A stretch of 56,550 nucleotides of DNA from a virus. Its lineage: Duplodnaviria; Caudoviricetes. Within the stretch, counting starts at the first letter, position 1; the number at the start of each line of letters is the position of its first letter. Made by a program: the position numbers and the translations under genes. Of the stretch, positions 9,342 to 18,539 are shown one piece after another. The notes below the pieces were generated by a model that searched no databases, was not told where the DNA came from, and saw only the letters and a program-made list of their open reading frames with translations. The stretch covers positions 1-56,550 of IMG/VR virus record IMGVR_UViG_3300037493_003812, one strand, 5' to 3'.

Positions 9342-9592
9342 TTGTTATTCCATTCATCATAAAAGCCTTCATCGAAGGAAGAAGGGCCGATCTCACCCTC
9401 TTCATTGATTTGAAATAAGTCGCTATTGCTAACGAGATACTGTTGCCCATTGATGAGCATCACACTATCGGAATCGTTTCTTTCGAGAATAAGCACTAGA
9501 CATTCATATTGAAGCGGGTCGTTCTCAACCGTTGTATTCCAATTGATGATTGGAAAGGCTGGACTATATTTATAGAGCGTGCCGGGATTCAT
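9338..9592 (-). CDS. Small SH3/KOW-like family protein with acidic tail
   Basis: PGTLYKY ... MLINGQ. Confidence 0.65.
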   Translation of the reverse strand: MNPGTLYKYSPAFPIINWNTTVENDPLQYECLVLILERNDSDSVMLINGQQYLVSNSDLFQINEEGEIGPSSFDEGFYDEWNNK

Positions 9593-9593
9593 T

Positions 9594-9938
9594 TTATTCC
9601 CCGTCCTTCTTTCTTTGTTTTAAGGCGTGCTCGAATTCAATGGGGCTTGCCCCGGAACAAATATACGTGATTTTATCACCAAGAAGAATTTTGAGGCACA
9701 CGAGGTCATCACCGGGGAAGCACATGCCGCTACGCTCGACGTGGCGCTCTTCCAAAATCACAAAAGGCATATCTGGAAAAACAATTACTTCTCGATTTGC
9801 TTCGTTGTTTGAATAAGACGAATGAGCAAGACCACCGTCCAGCGCATCGAGCGGTGCAGCGAACAACCAGGCGGCCTTGCTTACCACGCAAAGTTTTCCG
9901 ATTAAGTCTTTCAAGTGTTGATGCTTTTCGCTGTTCAT
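9594..9938 (-). CDS. Small SH3/KOW-like family protein
   Basis: LIGKLC ... KILLGDKI; leaderless promoter upstream. Confidence 0.65.
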   Translation of the reverse strand: MNSEKHQHLKDLIGKLCVVSKAAWLFAAPLDALDGGLAHSSYSNNEANREVIVFPDMPFVILEERHVERSGMCFPGDDLVCLKILLGDKITYICSGASPIEFEHALKQRKKDGE

Positions 9939-10058
9939 ATATTCAGTATATCTAATTATTGTCGAAATTTAAACTGATAATAGCAGAATGCCCCACTGGC
10001 CGATTTGGCGAGCAGGGCGAATTGTTCGAATTTGTTTTGGAGACGCTATTAGACTGGC

Positions 10059-10421
10059 TTAACCTGTACGATTGTGCGGCGAGCCTTCCACTATTTCATT
10101 TCCATTTGCCAGACTGAGATGAACGGGGCCATGGACTCCGCTTGGCTCTGCTCGTCGGCTGAGTATCCGTATTGGATGACCAGGCTGGTCTTGAATTTCA
10201 TCGCCATACCGGCCAACCTTGACTTCGCACGCCTCGCAGAAGCGATAACCCTTCTTTACCAGAGCGGCACGCTCTTTCACGATGAGAGCCTCCTTAAGGG
10301 CAGACTCCTCGAAAGTCAGGCTGGTCAGCTTCGTTTGAACGCTCTTAAGCGCCTTGGTCAGCTGAACCTTGGTCATTGAGGATGGGGTCATCTGCACCGT
10401 AACGGTCTTCTTCGTCTTCAT
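10059..10421 (-). CDS. Hypothetical early protein (coiled-coil N-terminus; 3' frame uncertain)
   Basis: ATG 6 nt after the -10 box. Confidence 0.55.
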   Translation of the reverse strand: MKTKKTVTVQMTPSSMTKVQLTKALKSVQTKLTSLTFEESALKEALIVKERAALVKKGYRFCEACEVKVGRYGDEIQDQPGHPIRILSRRAEPSGVHGPVHLSLANGNEIVEGSPHNRTG

Positions 10422-10427
10422 ATATTC

Positions 10428-10456
10428 ATTATAACAAAATTCTCTCGCCTTTTAAA
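10428..10456 (-). promoter_or_regulatory. Phage early promoter, leaderless (representative copy)
   Basis: TTTAAA-17 bp-TATAAT-6 nt-ATG. Confidence 0.85.
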
Positions 10457-10468
10457 GTATTTAACCGG

Positions 10469-10560
10469 CCTCCCTGTCGATTTCTTTCACTTATTTTGAG
10501 GCTTCCGGTCCCGGCCGAGCCGCCAGGACCGTTCCAGAGCTCTCAGGCGCACTAGGAGTC
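10469..10560. repeat. GC-rich intergenic repeat, copy 1
   Basis: CCTCCCTGTCGATTTCTTTCACTTATTTTG and CGCCAGGACCGTTCCAGAGCTCTCAGGCGCACTAGG recur at 11894-11975. Confidence 0.85.
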
Positions 10561-10668
10561 GTCCGACGCTCAGAAGAGCTCCAGGACGCTCTGGGAGCGC
10601 CAGAAAAGGCTTAGAACGGTGAAGGTCCTGGCGCACACTTTCAGCGTAGAAAGGTATCAAATTGATAC

Positions 10669-10696
10669 AAAAAAACCGCCCTGGTCGGGGCGGTTC
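10669..10696 (-). terminator. Intrinsic terminator
   Basis: AACCGCCC/GGGCGGTT stem with U-tract on the minus strand. Confidence 0.7.
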
Positions 10697-10733
10697 ATTT
10701 TACAGCTTTACTGAATTTATAGGGAGAGAAGAA

Positions 10734-10958
10734 TTACAGCGCAGTGCTCGGCCACGGACGATCACGCCGCACTAGACGGGCAAGATGGTCACGAACGTAT
10801 CCCATACGGGAGGCACAATCGCCGCCGAAGAACATCGGACCACGCCGACGCTCCTCATAGGTCGGAATCGTTCCAGCCCAGACGGCCCCAAGGTTCTCCA
10901 AAAATTCGAAATATTCGTTGGTCGAAAGCGTTGCGGTGTTCATCGTCGTCGTCTTCAT
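10734..10958 (-). CDS. Hypothetical early protein
   Basis: Own promoter 10965-10993, MKT start. Confidence 0.65.
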   Translation of the reverse strand: MKTTTMNTATLSTNEYFEFLENLGAVWAGTIPTYEERRRGPMFFGGDCASRMGYVRDHLARLVRRDRPWPSTAL

Positions 10959-11006
10959 AGATTCATTATACCGAATTGAGAGCCGAATTTAAAGTCTTAA
11001 ATCGAT

Positions 11007-11234
11007 TTACTTCTGGCGGCGGCCCTTAGGGAGCGGGAACTTTCCTTGAATCTGTCCGCAATCCATACAGAACGCAATTTCAACGTAATCCATATCCTCG
11101 CCAATTCCCTTGCCAGTGGGAACGTAACCCTCTTGCCACTCGCCGCCTGCGGTACGCCAGGAGCAGAGATCAGAGCACTTCGCACACACTTCCAGAATAC
11201 GACTGGAACCACATTTACACTCGGTCGTTTTCAT
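11007..11234 (-). CDS. Small Cys-rich (Zn-binding) hypothetical protein
   Basis: CKCG..CAKCSDLC..CMDCG; own promoter 11241-11269. Confidence 0.7.
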   Translation of the reverse strand: MKTTECKCGSSRILEVCAKCSDLCSWRTAGGEWQEGYVPTGKGIGEDMDYVEIAFCMDCGQIQGKFPLPKGRRQK

Positions 11235-11309
11235 ATATTCATTATACCAGAATGTTTGCCGATTTTAAAGTAATTAAAGCCAGGGATTTCCTGGCTTTCT
11301 TCGATTACT

Positions 11310-11636
11310 TCAAGCCTTGATCGTGAGCCTCGTGCCACGGACGAAAGAACGCTCGGCCCAGCCGTCTTCGCTCTCTGTCCAGGTCAAATACAATCGTCCC
11401 AGGTAGGCTTCACGTCCGATCACGGTTTTGTAATCTCCCTCACGGAAGATGCGGTCGCCGACCTTGATATCTTCGACCTTGACAACCTTCTTACCCTTCG
11501 CCGCCCTAGACTCGGCGAGCCTCTTCGTGCTTAGCCGCTCCAGGCGCTTTTCGAGCTTGATCTCCTCAGAGCGAAGGTTGCGCTGTTCGGTGCGGATTGC
11601 CGTGAGGCGGGCGTTGATCTCTTTCGTCGTCTTCAT
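11310..11636 (-). CDS. Coiled-coil plus KOW-like hypothetical protein
   Basis: Helical N-terminus, DIKVGDRI; own promoter 11643-11671. Confidence 0.7.
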   Translation of the reverse strand: MKTTKEINARLTAIRTEQRNLRSEEIKLEKRLERLSTKRLAESRAAKGKKVVKVEDIKVGDRIFREGDYKTVIGREAYLGRLYLTWTESEDGWAERSFVRGTRLTIKA

Positions 11637-11678
11637 ATACTTAGTATACCAGGGTTTTACGGGGATTTAAAGGGATTA

Positions 11679-11846
11679 TCAGGTAATCGATCCGGCGTAC
11701 TTAATGATCGCATAGCGCTCTGAGTCTGGCATGTCGTTCCATTTCTTGCCAGAAATCCCCAGAAAGAAATTGATCAGGGCATAGCCGATCTTAAGCCGCT
11801 TCTGGATCGGGTCAAACTTCGGATCGAGGATCATCGTCTTGTTCAT
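11679..11846 (-). CDS. Small hypothetical early protein (55 aa)
   Basis: Hand translation MNKTMILDPKFDP...; own promoter 11853-11881. Confidence 0.6.
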   Translation of the reverse strand: MNKTMILDPKFDPIQKRLKIGYALINFFLGISGKKWNDMPDSERYAIIKYAGSIT

Positions 11847-11893
11847 ACTCTTAGTATACCAAAAAGATGCCCGATTTTAAAGTAATAAGCCAC

Positions 11894-12075
11894 CCTCCCT
11901 GTCGATTTCTTTCACTTATTTTGCGGGCCCCAGGCGGCGCCAGGACCGTTCCAGAGCTCTCAGGCGCACTAGGGGTCGCCCGTGGGATCCAGGCGCCTCC
12001 TAGAGCCTCCCAGGCCCGTGCTAAGAGCACGGGCGACCCTCTAGGTCGTTCCTGCGTTCCGCAGGAATCTAGGGC
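11894..12075. repeat. GC-rich intergenic repeat, copy 2, with nested palindromes
   Basis: Shares two identical blocks with 10469-10560; GCCCGTGCT-AAG-AGCACGGGC and TTCCTGCG-TTC-CGCAGGAA hairpins. Confidence 0.8.
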
Positions 12076-12232
12076 AAGAAAAGGCGTATAAAGGCGAGCG
12101 TTTCGGTGCGAGGAACCTATGGGAAAACAGACGCAAAAACCCCAATAAAAAAGCCGCCTTTCGGCAGCTTGTCTCATTCTTAGAATTTACACCAGGAGTG
12201 TATTATGCTGGCATCGTACCAGCGGTCTCGTC

Positions 12233-12616
12233 TCAGGCAGAGACCTTCGTGGTGCGAACACCAACACGCTTACGACCAAGCATCATTTCTACGTTCAAGG
12301 CCGGCTTTCGCTCGGTCATAATCTCACGTTCAAGGTCATGCGCTTCCGTCTTCCCACGGACGACCGCCAGAAGTTCGTGCGTGAAGTTCTCAGGACCATG
12401 CTCACGGATGGCAACCTGTAGCGGGAACGTGCGCCCTTCCACCAGCGCATGATAAGTGTGCTTCTGCCAGCGAGACTTGACGCTCTTAAGGTATGCCCGA
12501 CCAAGGGCGACCGTGATGCCGATGTATTCCTCGCCCGTGATATCGCACACGATTGAATATACGCAATGATTGCGATCAGTCCTGCGCTTCCGACATCCAT
12601 TTCTTCCGGTCTTCAT
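12233..12616 (-). CDS. Small GIY-YIG nuclease
   Basis: VYSIVC...EEYIGIT..RWQKH...E..PALN; own promoter 12624-12652. Confidence 0.8.
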   Translation of the reverse strand: MKTGRNGCRKRRTDRNHCVYSIVCDITGEEYIGITVALGRAYLKSVKSRWQKHTYHALVEGRTFPLQVAIREHGPENFTHELLAVVRGKTEAHDLEREIMTERKPALNVEMMLGRKRVGVRTTKVSA

Positions 12617-12673
12617 ACTTACTAGTATACCAAGATTCAGACCGAATTTAAACCAATTGATTCCTTAATGATT

Positions 12674-13504
12674 TCAAGCACTTAGAGCGGCTCGGTAAGC
12701 CTCCAACGAGGCTCTGCCGTTAGCTAAGTCATCTGGATGGTCAGACCAACGATTCAACTTACGGCGATTTTCGGCAATGAGAAGAGGTTGTAAATTGTCA
12801 AGCGCCCAGCATTCTTTTATTTGTGGGTCTTCTAAGGAAGAAAAACTGAACCAGCTAACCGGTCGCTTGTGATCAATTTCCCACACTTTTCCTAGGCCAT
12901 CCCACGTTAAGCCTTTTTCTGAGAGCAGTTGGTCAAAATGAGCCTTAAGATCTTCCACTGTATAACCCGCCAAGGTTTCCCATTTCCGTTTATTTTTAGA
13001 TACCCGGCTGGTTTTCAACGAACTAGCTATGCTTCCGCTCATCATCGCATATAGATGACGGAGCGTGCTACTGGTGCGATAGTTTCGATGCCAAGCATTG
13101 ATGCGCCCTCGGTTAACGGCTCTGTATACTTTAAGAGTCATTTTGAATTCTTCTGTATTTCGGCACTTATTATTGCAAACTTTACCTTTTTCCGACCGAT
13201 GCCATTTCTTTTTCGTAGAGTCATAAGAGACTGGATTCGCCAATCGGTAATCAAGTATCTTCTGATAGTTGCATTTCTTACACGCCGCACGCACGCCATA
13301 AAGCCCTTTACTGTCTTTATGGTAATCGCAAACAGATTTAAGCTCTTTGCAAATCACGCATATTTTGCTCTTGTCTAATTCAAGAGCGTTGCGTCTCGAC
13401 CGAATGCATAATTTACAGCGCTTCGTGAAACCCGAAGACGTGTATTTGTCTTTATTGAACTCCGTTTCATCTTTTTCTATATGGCATTTCGAGCATGTTT
13501 TCAT
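12674..13504 (-). CDS. HNH homing endonuclease
   Basis: Two CxxC..CxxC modules, WEIDHKRP...NLQPL...NRRK. Confidence 0.85.
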   Translation of the reverse strand: MKTCSKCHIEKDETEFNKDKYTSSGFTKRCKLCIRSRRNALELDKSKICVICKELKSVCDYHKDSKGLYGVRAACKKCNYQKILDYRLANPVSYDSTKKKWHRSEKGKVCNNKCRNTEEFKMTLKVYRAVNRGRINAWHRNYRTSSTLRHLYAMMSGSIASSLKTSRVSKNKRKWETLAGYTVEDLKAHFDQLLSEKGLTWDGLGKVWEIDHKRPVSWFSFSSLEDPQIKECWALDNLQPLLIAENRRKLNRWSDHPDDLANGRASLEAYRAALSA

Positions 13505-13550
13505 ACGGATAAGTATATGATTTGCTTAAATTAATGCCTAAAAAGAACGC

Positions 13551-13579
13551 AAAAAGCCTCCAAAGTTTCCCTTGGAGGC
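13551..13579 (-). terminator. Intrinsic terminator
   Basis: GCCTCCAA/TTGGAGGC stem plus U-tract. Confidence 0.7.
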
Positions 13580-13885
13580 CGACACTTAATTTGTTCGATT
13601 AACGTCTTTCATTGAAAGTATAATCGGCGCCTTCATAGCTTGCGCAGCTTGGATTATTAAATCGCACTTTGGCTGCAATTTGCTCTTTACTTTCACGCAC
13701 GTAGTTCTCTGCGCCAACGTAATCATTGTCGAAGCGCTGGCGCTCGGCATGAGACCTTATTTCAAATCCAAGACCGGAATTAGGACCGTCCATCGCCTCG
13801 TCAAACTCCGCTTGACATTCTAGGCAGAACCCGTCCCTGACAGAAAGGACAGGGGGTGAGCAATTCCAGTCTCTTGCTGAGAAAT

Positions 13886-14446
13886 CTACTCGCCCCGGTC
13901 TCTTGGTACCGGAAATGATTTATAAGCCGGAGAGATAATTGTTTTAATGGGCTCAATCTCAATAGGCGCTTGTTGAATAGTAAATCCAGGAACGCTAGCA
14001 GAAGGATACGTGAGGGGGCCAACGAAATCATTCGGTGCATGAATCGTCGCCAAACAGAGCGCATCCCAAGCGGCAAGCTCAATCGCATCGGCTTCCTGCC
14101 GCTTAATTTCCAGAGCACGCTCCTCAATTTCATCCATAATAGCGAATTGATTGCTAGGAGGAATGCTCAATGGAACATATGGAATTCTCGCCCCATCATC
14201 CTCAGAGGAGTTAGCCTCTTTGAAATCCATTGGATTCAGAACGGGTTTAGCAAGCGCCTTTTGAAAACGTGCAAGGTCCTCACTGAGTTCCAGCAAGCTC
14301 TCACCTATCGGTTCGACAGGAGACTCGGTATAAACTTGAAGACTTCCATCCTCGTTATAGTAGACCTCGTGAATAGAGAACCAGGTCTCTTCCTCACCGT
14401 CCGACATTAGTTGACTATGCTTGATTACTCGATGATTCCAGGACAT
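13886..14446 (-). CDS. Phage hypothetical protein
   Basis: MSWNHRVI...FSIHEVYYNEDG motif typical of a phage hypothetical family. Confidence 0.7.
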   Translation of the reverse strand: MSWNHRVIKHSQLMSDGEEETWFSIHEVYYNEDGSLQVYTESPVEPIGESLLELSEDLARFQKALAKPVLNPMDFKEANSSEDDGARIPYVPLSIPPSNQFAIMDEIEERALEIKRQEADAIELAAWDALCLATIHAPNDFVGPLTYPSASVPGFTIQQAPIEIEPIKTIISPAYKSFPVPRDRGE

Positions 14447-14462
14447 ATCTTAATTTCCTTAC

Positions 14463-14693
14463 TTAGTCGCTTGCGCCAGACTCCACATTAATTACCTTAC
14501 AGAATTCTTCGATGTACGATTCTGCAAGCTCAAAGTATTCACCATTTCGAATAGAGCCCCACCACCTGTAGGTGTAGACGCCCTCCCAATTATCGTGCCA
14601 CGCAAGCAGAAGCATAAGGGATTCACGTCCCTTGTCTCGATAAGGGTCCCAGATTAAATCGCCTGCTTTATACTTCGGTCCCATCAGACTCAT
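14463..14693 (-). CDS. Small SH3/KOW-like family protein
   Basis: YKAGDLI. Confidence 0.6.
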   Translation of the reverse strand: MSLMGPKYKAGDLIWDPYRDKGRESLMLLLAWHDNWEGVYTYRWWGSIRNGEYFELAESYIEEFCKVINVESGASD

Positions 14694-15450
14694 ACTTTCC
14701 CATCGGCTGGCAATATTCCCGTAGCGCTTGCACCTGAACGATTTCCCGACTCTTCGGCTTTTCGGTATCCAGAATCATTGCCGTGAGATAGCCGCCGAAA
14801 CAAACGCCCGTATCGATTCCATAAGTTCGTCCGGTGCTCAACCCATCCCAAGCGCCAATGCTTCCATTCAGCGAAACAACAGAGTGTCCGATAACTACAT
14901 CAGCCGTTCCATCATACGTCTCCGCCCAGAAAACAGAATTCTCCGGCTGAGAAAAATCTGGATACTTCAACGACAGCATCTTTCGTCCATCAATATCGAT
15001 GAATCTAACCATCGTCAGAATTTCCTTGGTCTGATTCGCAAGCGGAATACACGGAAGCATTCCCGCATGCATCGCTACCACGTTAACTTCTGGAAACGTC
15101 AAGTAATGCGGCAGGTCTGCAATCCATTGCAGATCTTCATCGCTCAGGGCAGCGATGGTATCCATCTGGTCCTGCGAATAATGCATCGGAATACGATACG
15201 AAGGCTCCTCACGCTTGCGAACAACGTGGCGCCAGCGTCGCACCAGCTTAGCATCATGGTTGCCCATAACAGACTTAATGCCGTTCGCTCGACAGAACTT
15301 GACGACACCAGGCGAATCCGGTCCTCGATCCGTCAAATCCCCAAGCGTATAAGCTTCATCCGTTCCTTGAACGTAGTCGACCTTATCCAAGAGAAGCTTA
15401 AGCTCCTCGGAGGCGCCGTGAACATCACCGATTAATATCTTCCTAGTCAT
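14668..15450 (-). CDS. Metallophosphoesterase, ApaH/PrpE/Ser-Thr phosphatase type
   Basis: IGDVHG, GDLTDRG, GNHD, HAG, GIDTG motifs. Confidence 0.9.
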   Translation of the reverse strand: MTRKILIGDVHGASEELKLLLDKVDYVQGTDEAYTLGDLTDRGPDSPGVVKFCRANGIKSVMGNHDAKLVRRWRHVVRKREEPSYRIPMHYSQDQMDTIAALSDEDLQWIADLPHYLTFPEVNVVAMHAGMLPCIPLANQTKEILTMVRFIDIDGRKMLSLKYPDFSQPENSVFWAETYDGTADVVIGHSVVSLNGSIGAWDGLSTGRTYGIDTGVCFGGYLTAMILDTEKPKSREIVQVQALREYCQPMGKYESDGTEV

Positions 15451-15494
15451 GCTATAATTATAACATAATAGGTTTAAAATTTAAACCAATTAAA

Positions 15495-15749
15495 TTAAGG
15501 GGTTTCTTCAAGAAGAGCGAGGTGCGTCTTATAAATCATACGCTTGGTTTCCTGATGTAGCACGACGTAAAAATCATCCTCGGCTTCTGCGAGAATGAGC
15601 ACGACCTCCCCATCTGGAAGGAACGTTCGTTTCTGAGACATGACAATGCCTCCCAGCCTACCATCGCTTGGAGCGAGACTATAACTGAAACAGCCTTCGC
15701 CCCGGGAGTCGGCGCCTTCGACTTGATAGAGTTTACCGATGATTATCAT
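15495..15749 (-). CDS. Small SH3/KOW-like family protein
   Basis: IIGKLY. Confidence 0.6.
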   Translation of the reverse strand: MIIIGKLYQVEGADSRGEGCFSYSLAPSDGRLGGIVMSQKRTFLPDGEVVLILAEAEDDFYVVLHQETKRMIYKTHLALLEETP

Positions 15750-15979
15750 ATGACAATTTCCCAAGCCCAGCAAGCCGAATAAGGCACTTCGATGAGGGTG
15801 CCATCTTCTCTAAGAAGCTTGATATAGCGAATCCTTTCAAAAATGGTTTTTGGGGAATAGTAGTCTTCTACTATGAGACAGACTCCATTGCTTATATCAT
15901 CAGGTTGCCGGTTAATTGGCATATAGTCGGGTTTAAAACGTATTAGCATCCCGACTATGAACTTTCGGTCGATGCTCAT
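15746..15979 (-). CDS. Small SH3/KOW-like family protein
   Basis: FIVGMLI ... LLREDG. Confidence 0.65.
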   Translation of the reverse strand: MSIDRKFIVGMLIRFKPDYMPINRQPDDISNGVCLIVEDYYSPKTIFERIRYIKLLREDGTLIEVPYSACWAWEIVI

Positions 15980-16212
15980 TCTTGACCTTTGGCGATTACT
16001 TTGAAATAACGTTCGGACTCAGGAGTAGCAAGGCATAACTCAACGGTGCCGTCTTCTCTAAGAAATTCCCAGTAGAACAATTCTTCCATTATGGACCAAC
16101 CTTCTCCGCAGAGTCCTCCAGCCTGCTCATAAGAGATTTTATTGAGCACCAAATAGTTTGTCTTTGGACCCAATATACCTTTCTTACGTTGAACTAAATC
16201 TCCAATTTTCAT
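15976..16212 (-). CDS. Small SH3/KOW-like family protein
   Basis: MKIGDLV ... FKVI. Confidence 0.7.
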   Translation of the reverse strand: MKIGDLVQRKKGILGPKTNYLVLNKISYEQAGGLCGEGWSIMEELFYWEFLREDGTVELCLATPESERYFKVIAKGQE

Positions 16213-16424
16213 TCGTTAATTACTTCCCAGTATTGCTCATTAACTACCATAATCATACCATCGTTGGTTTCATTACATAGAAGCTTCCAACCACCTGGGA
16301 TTCCTGACAATGAAATTGTGTGGTCATAACCAATGATAAGAGCAATATGATCCCAGGGGACGGCCTCATATCTATACCATTTTTGGCCGGCCTCATTCAA
16401 CCGAACTAAATCACCTATCTTCAT
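16209..16424 (-). CDS. Small SH3/KOW-like family protein
   Basis: MKIGDLV ... WEVI. Confidence 0.7.
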   Translation of the reverse strand: MKIGDLVRLNEAGQKWYRYEAVPWDHIALIIGYDHTISLSGIPGGWKLLCNETNDGMIMVVNEQYWEVINE

Positions 16425-16642
16425 GCTATCACCTCAAACATACCATGAGCTATATCAGCATAGTCAATTTCACCAAAATCATTTAAATCATCATTGATTA
16501 AGACCTTCCAGCCTCTATCCCCAATATCAATTATGAGAGCATTCCACTCATAACCTAAGGAACTAACGGCCCAAAAGCATTCATGTCCTTTTGCTGTTAA
16601 GCGAATAAGAGCGCCTATTCTAAACTTAGGTTCTGAACTCAT
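16421..16642 (-). CDS. Small SH3/KOW-like family protein
   Basis: FRIGALI ... FEVI. Confidence 0.7.
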   Translation of the reverse strand: MSSEPKFRIGALIRLTAKGHECFWAVSSLGYEWNALIIDIGDRGWKVLINDDLNDFGEIDYADIAHGMFEVIA

Positions 16643-16872
16643 GCTATCACCTCCCAGTCGTTCACTTCATCCTCTTTGATGACATAATGATTCCAGGCGA
16701 CATTATTGAGAGAAATAACAAGATAATCTTTTGAAGGATTATACCCATCAATTGGCATTCCTTCATAGGCAGGTTTATAGATAGCCGGCTCTATTGGCGA
16801 ACCAATCACCAAATACTTCGCCGCTCCCTCATATGGAACGTTCGCATAAATAACTATATTTCCAGTTCTCAT
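16639..16872 (-). CDS. Small SH3/KOW-like family protein
   Basis: MRTGNIV ... WEVI. Confidence 0.65.
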   Translation of the reverse strand: MRTGNIVIYANVPYEGAAKYLVIGSPIEPAIYKPAYEGMPIDGYNPSKDYLVISLNNVAWNHYVIKEDEVNDWEVIA

Positions 16873-17108
16873 TATCTATTCAGTCTTCCAATCCCGTCAT
16901 TCAAACAATTGCGAGCCTCGCTCACCACATCGAATACATATTCCGACTCCGTAGAGACTTTAATCACAATTCCATCATTATCCATCAATGTCCAATAATC
17001 ATTGGAACGTAATGGGCATGGCGTGATAATCAAATATGCCATCCCAGGCTTAAGCTTTAAAGCATAAGCGTATTCTTTCTTAATGCGAACCAGGTCCCCT
17101 ATCTTCAT
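16872..17108 (-). CDS. Small SH3/KOW-like family protein
   Basis: MKIGDLV ... FDVV. Confidence 0.7.
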   Translation of the reverse strand: MKIGDLVRIKKEYAYALKLKPGMAYLIITPCPLRSNDYWTLMDNDGIVIKVSTESEYVFDVVSEARNCLNDGIGRLNR

Positions 17109-17159
17109 ATATCAAGCCTAACATAGTTGAATTAAAAGATATTCAAATATTGTCGAACT

Positions 17160-17381
17160 TTATTCTGTGAATTCTTCATAAAACTTGTCAACGTAGATGA
17201 CCTTCCAATATTCAACGTGTTCATTCCACAATATAAGATAATGAGGCATTTCACCAAGCTCGACGAGCCGCCAGTGTTCGCTCTCTACTATATCAAGAAC
17301 AAGGAACGTGTCGGCATGCGCCAGCTGAGGCGCCCCGGTCGCATTTCGATATCTGATGAGCGTTCCAGGTTTAAACTTCAT
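17160..17381 (-). CDS. Small SH3/KOW-like family protein
   Basis: MKFKPGTLI. Confidence 0.7.
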   Translation of the reverse strand: MKFKPGTLIRYRNATGAPQLAHADTFLVLDIVESEHWRLVELGEMPHYLILWNEHVEYWKVIYVDKFYEEFTE

Positions 17382-17580
17382 TTTCTCTCAATTCGTGAAA
17401 CATACGCTCGACATAGACCGCCGGCAAAGTAAGAATTTCTTCATTACAAAACAACAATCGATATATATGCTGATAGCCAGGCCGAAATTTCTTCTCATCC
17501 TCTATACACTCAATAACCAAAACAGGCCCGCCTCCAAATTGTCCTTCGTCAGCTAATAGCATCCCAGGACTAAATTTCAT
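17371..17580 (-). CDS. Small SH3/KOW-like family protein
   Basis: MKFSPGMLL. Confidence 0.65.
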   Translation of the reverse strand: MKFSPGMLLADEGQFGGGPVLVIECIEDEKKFRPGYQHIYRLLFCNEEILTLPAVYVERMFHELRENEV

Positions 17581-17842
17581 CGAAAGCCTCCAATAGTCTA
17601 TAACGACTTTCTACATAAGCGGCACTCCATTGCTTAACCTCGTCCACTACCAATACCGTATAATACGGTCGATTTCCCAGACTCTCCATAGATATGGTTA
17701 GTCCAATATAGCCAAGAATCAAAATCGTTTCTTGCTCGCAGCGGACCGAACGAAAGGCGGCGTCCTCGAAGCTGTTGCCCCTATACTTCAATAGATTGCC
17801 GGTTGAAAACATAGGCTCGGCCTTGTCATCCCTATATGTCAT
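17570..17842 (-). CDS. Small SH3/KOW-like family protein
   Basis: FSTGNLL. Confidence 0.65.
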   Translation of the reverse strand: MTYRDDKAEPMFSTGNLLKYRGNSFEDAAFRSVRCEQETILILGYIGLTISMESLGNRPYYTVLVVDEVKQWSAAYVESRYRLLEAFDEI

Positions 17843-18045
17843 TGAAGCACCTTATAGCTGCCTTCATTGCTCCGATCAATCCATCCAATTTGTTCATCAT
17901 TCATAAGCAATTTCCAGGCTTCCTGAAAAGAATCCCAACCAATGATTATCGCCCTCCAACTCTCTTCATCGTCAGGATAATAGCGCCCCCCCTTCTCACT
18001 CAAACAAACAAGAGCGCCAATCCTAAAAATTTGCTTAGCACTCAT
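17839..18045 (-). CDS. Small SH3/KOW-like family protein
   Basis: FRIGALV; paralog of 16209 and 16421. Confidence 0.65.
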   Translation of the reverse strand: MSAKQIFRIGALVCLSEKGGRYYPDDEESWRAIIIGWDSFQEAWKLLMNDEQIGWIDRSNEGSYKVLQ

Positions 18046-18096
18046 TGAATAACCTCATAGTATTCCTTTTAGTCGAATTAAGTTTCCCGGCTTCAT
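18042..18096 (-). pseudogene. Internally deleted relic of a family gene
   Basis: MKPGNLIRLK start fused directly to EYYEVIQ* end in 55 bp, keeping the ATGA coupling. Confidence 0.55.
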
Positions 18097-18175
18097 AAAT
18101 TTTCCAATACAAAAAGACCCCCAACACCCATAAGATGCCGAAGGCCATATAACTCAGTCAAATCATTTCCGCTAC

Positions 18176-18530
18176 TTAATATTTCGCCACAAAAATGCCA
18201 CCCTCCATGTCCCGATAACAGACATGAGGAAATTGACAAGCATGACAAGAATAGTAGCCAGTCTTAGTATAAGAACATAAGACTCCACATTGAAGACAGT
18301 TGGCATTCACCGTCACAGAAGAATCAAACGGTCGAACTGAGAATGGACGCCCACCCCATACACAAAAGACATTTCCCTGACCCTTACGCCTCGGCGGGGG
18401 GATCCGGACGATAATAGCGAACGGGCTCCTCTTCATCTGGAAGACAATCAGCGACAGAACGCAATCCAGCAGCCGCTAGACGAGCTCCAATCGCTGCCGC
18501 CATCAATTTGCCTGCAAATGAAAGTCTCAT
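18176..18530 (-). pseudogene. Split (frameshifted) paralog of 18540..18743: hydrophobic helix plus Zn ribbon
   Basis: 18384..18530 MRLSFAGKLMAAAIGARLAAAGLR...; Zn-ribbon half in the +1 frame, joined at the C6 run 18396-18401. Confidence 0.55.
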
Positions 18531-18539
18531 ATGTTTCTC

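Noticed and set aside
11851-12177. ORFs on both strands over the GC-rich repeat
   Set aside because: Pro/Arg/Ala-rich translations of a palindromic non-coding element
10422-12660. Regularly recurring ~35-bp motif as a CRISPR array
   Set aside because: Copies are degenerate, have -35/-10 geometry and are separated by whole genes; no cas genes are present
1-18100. Diversity-generating retroelement or integron as the source of paralog diversity
   Set aside because: No reverse transcriptase, integrase, TR/VR pair or attC-like repeats in this window
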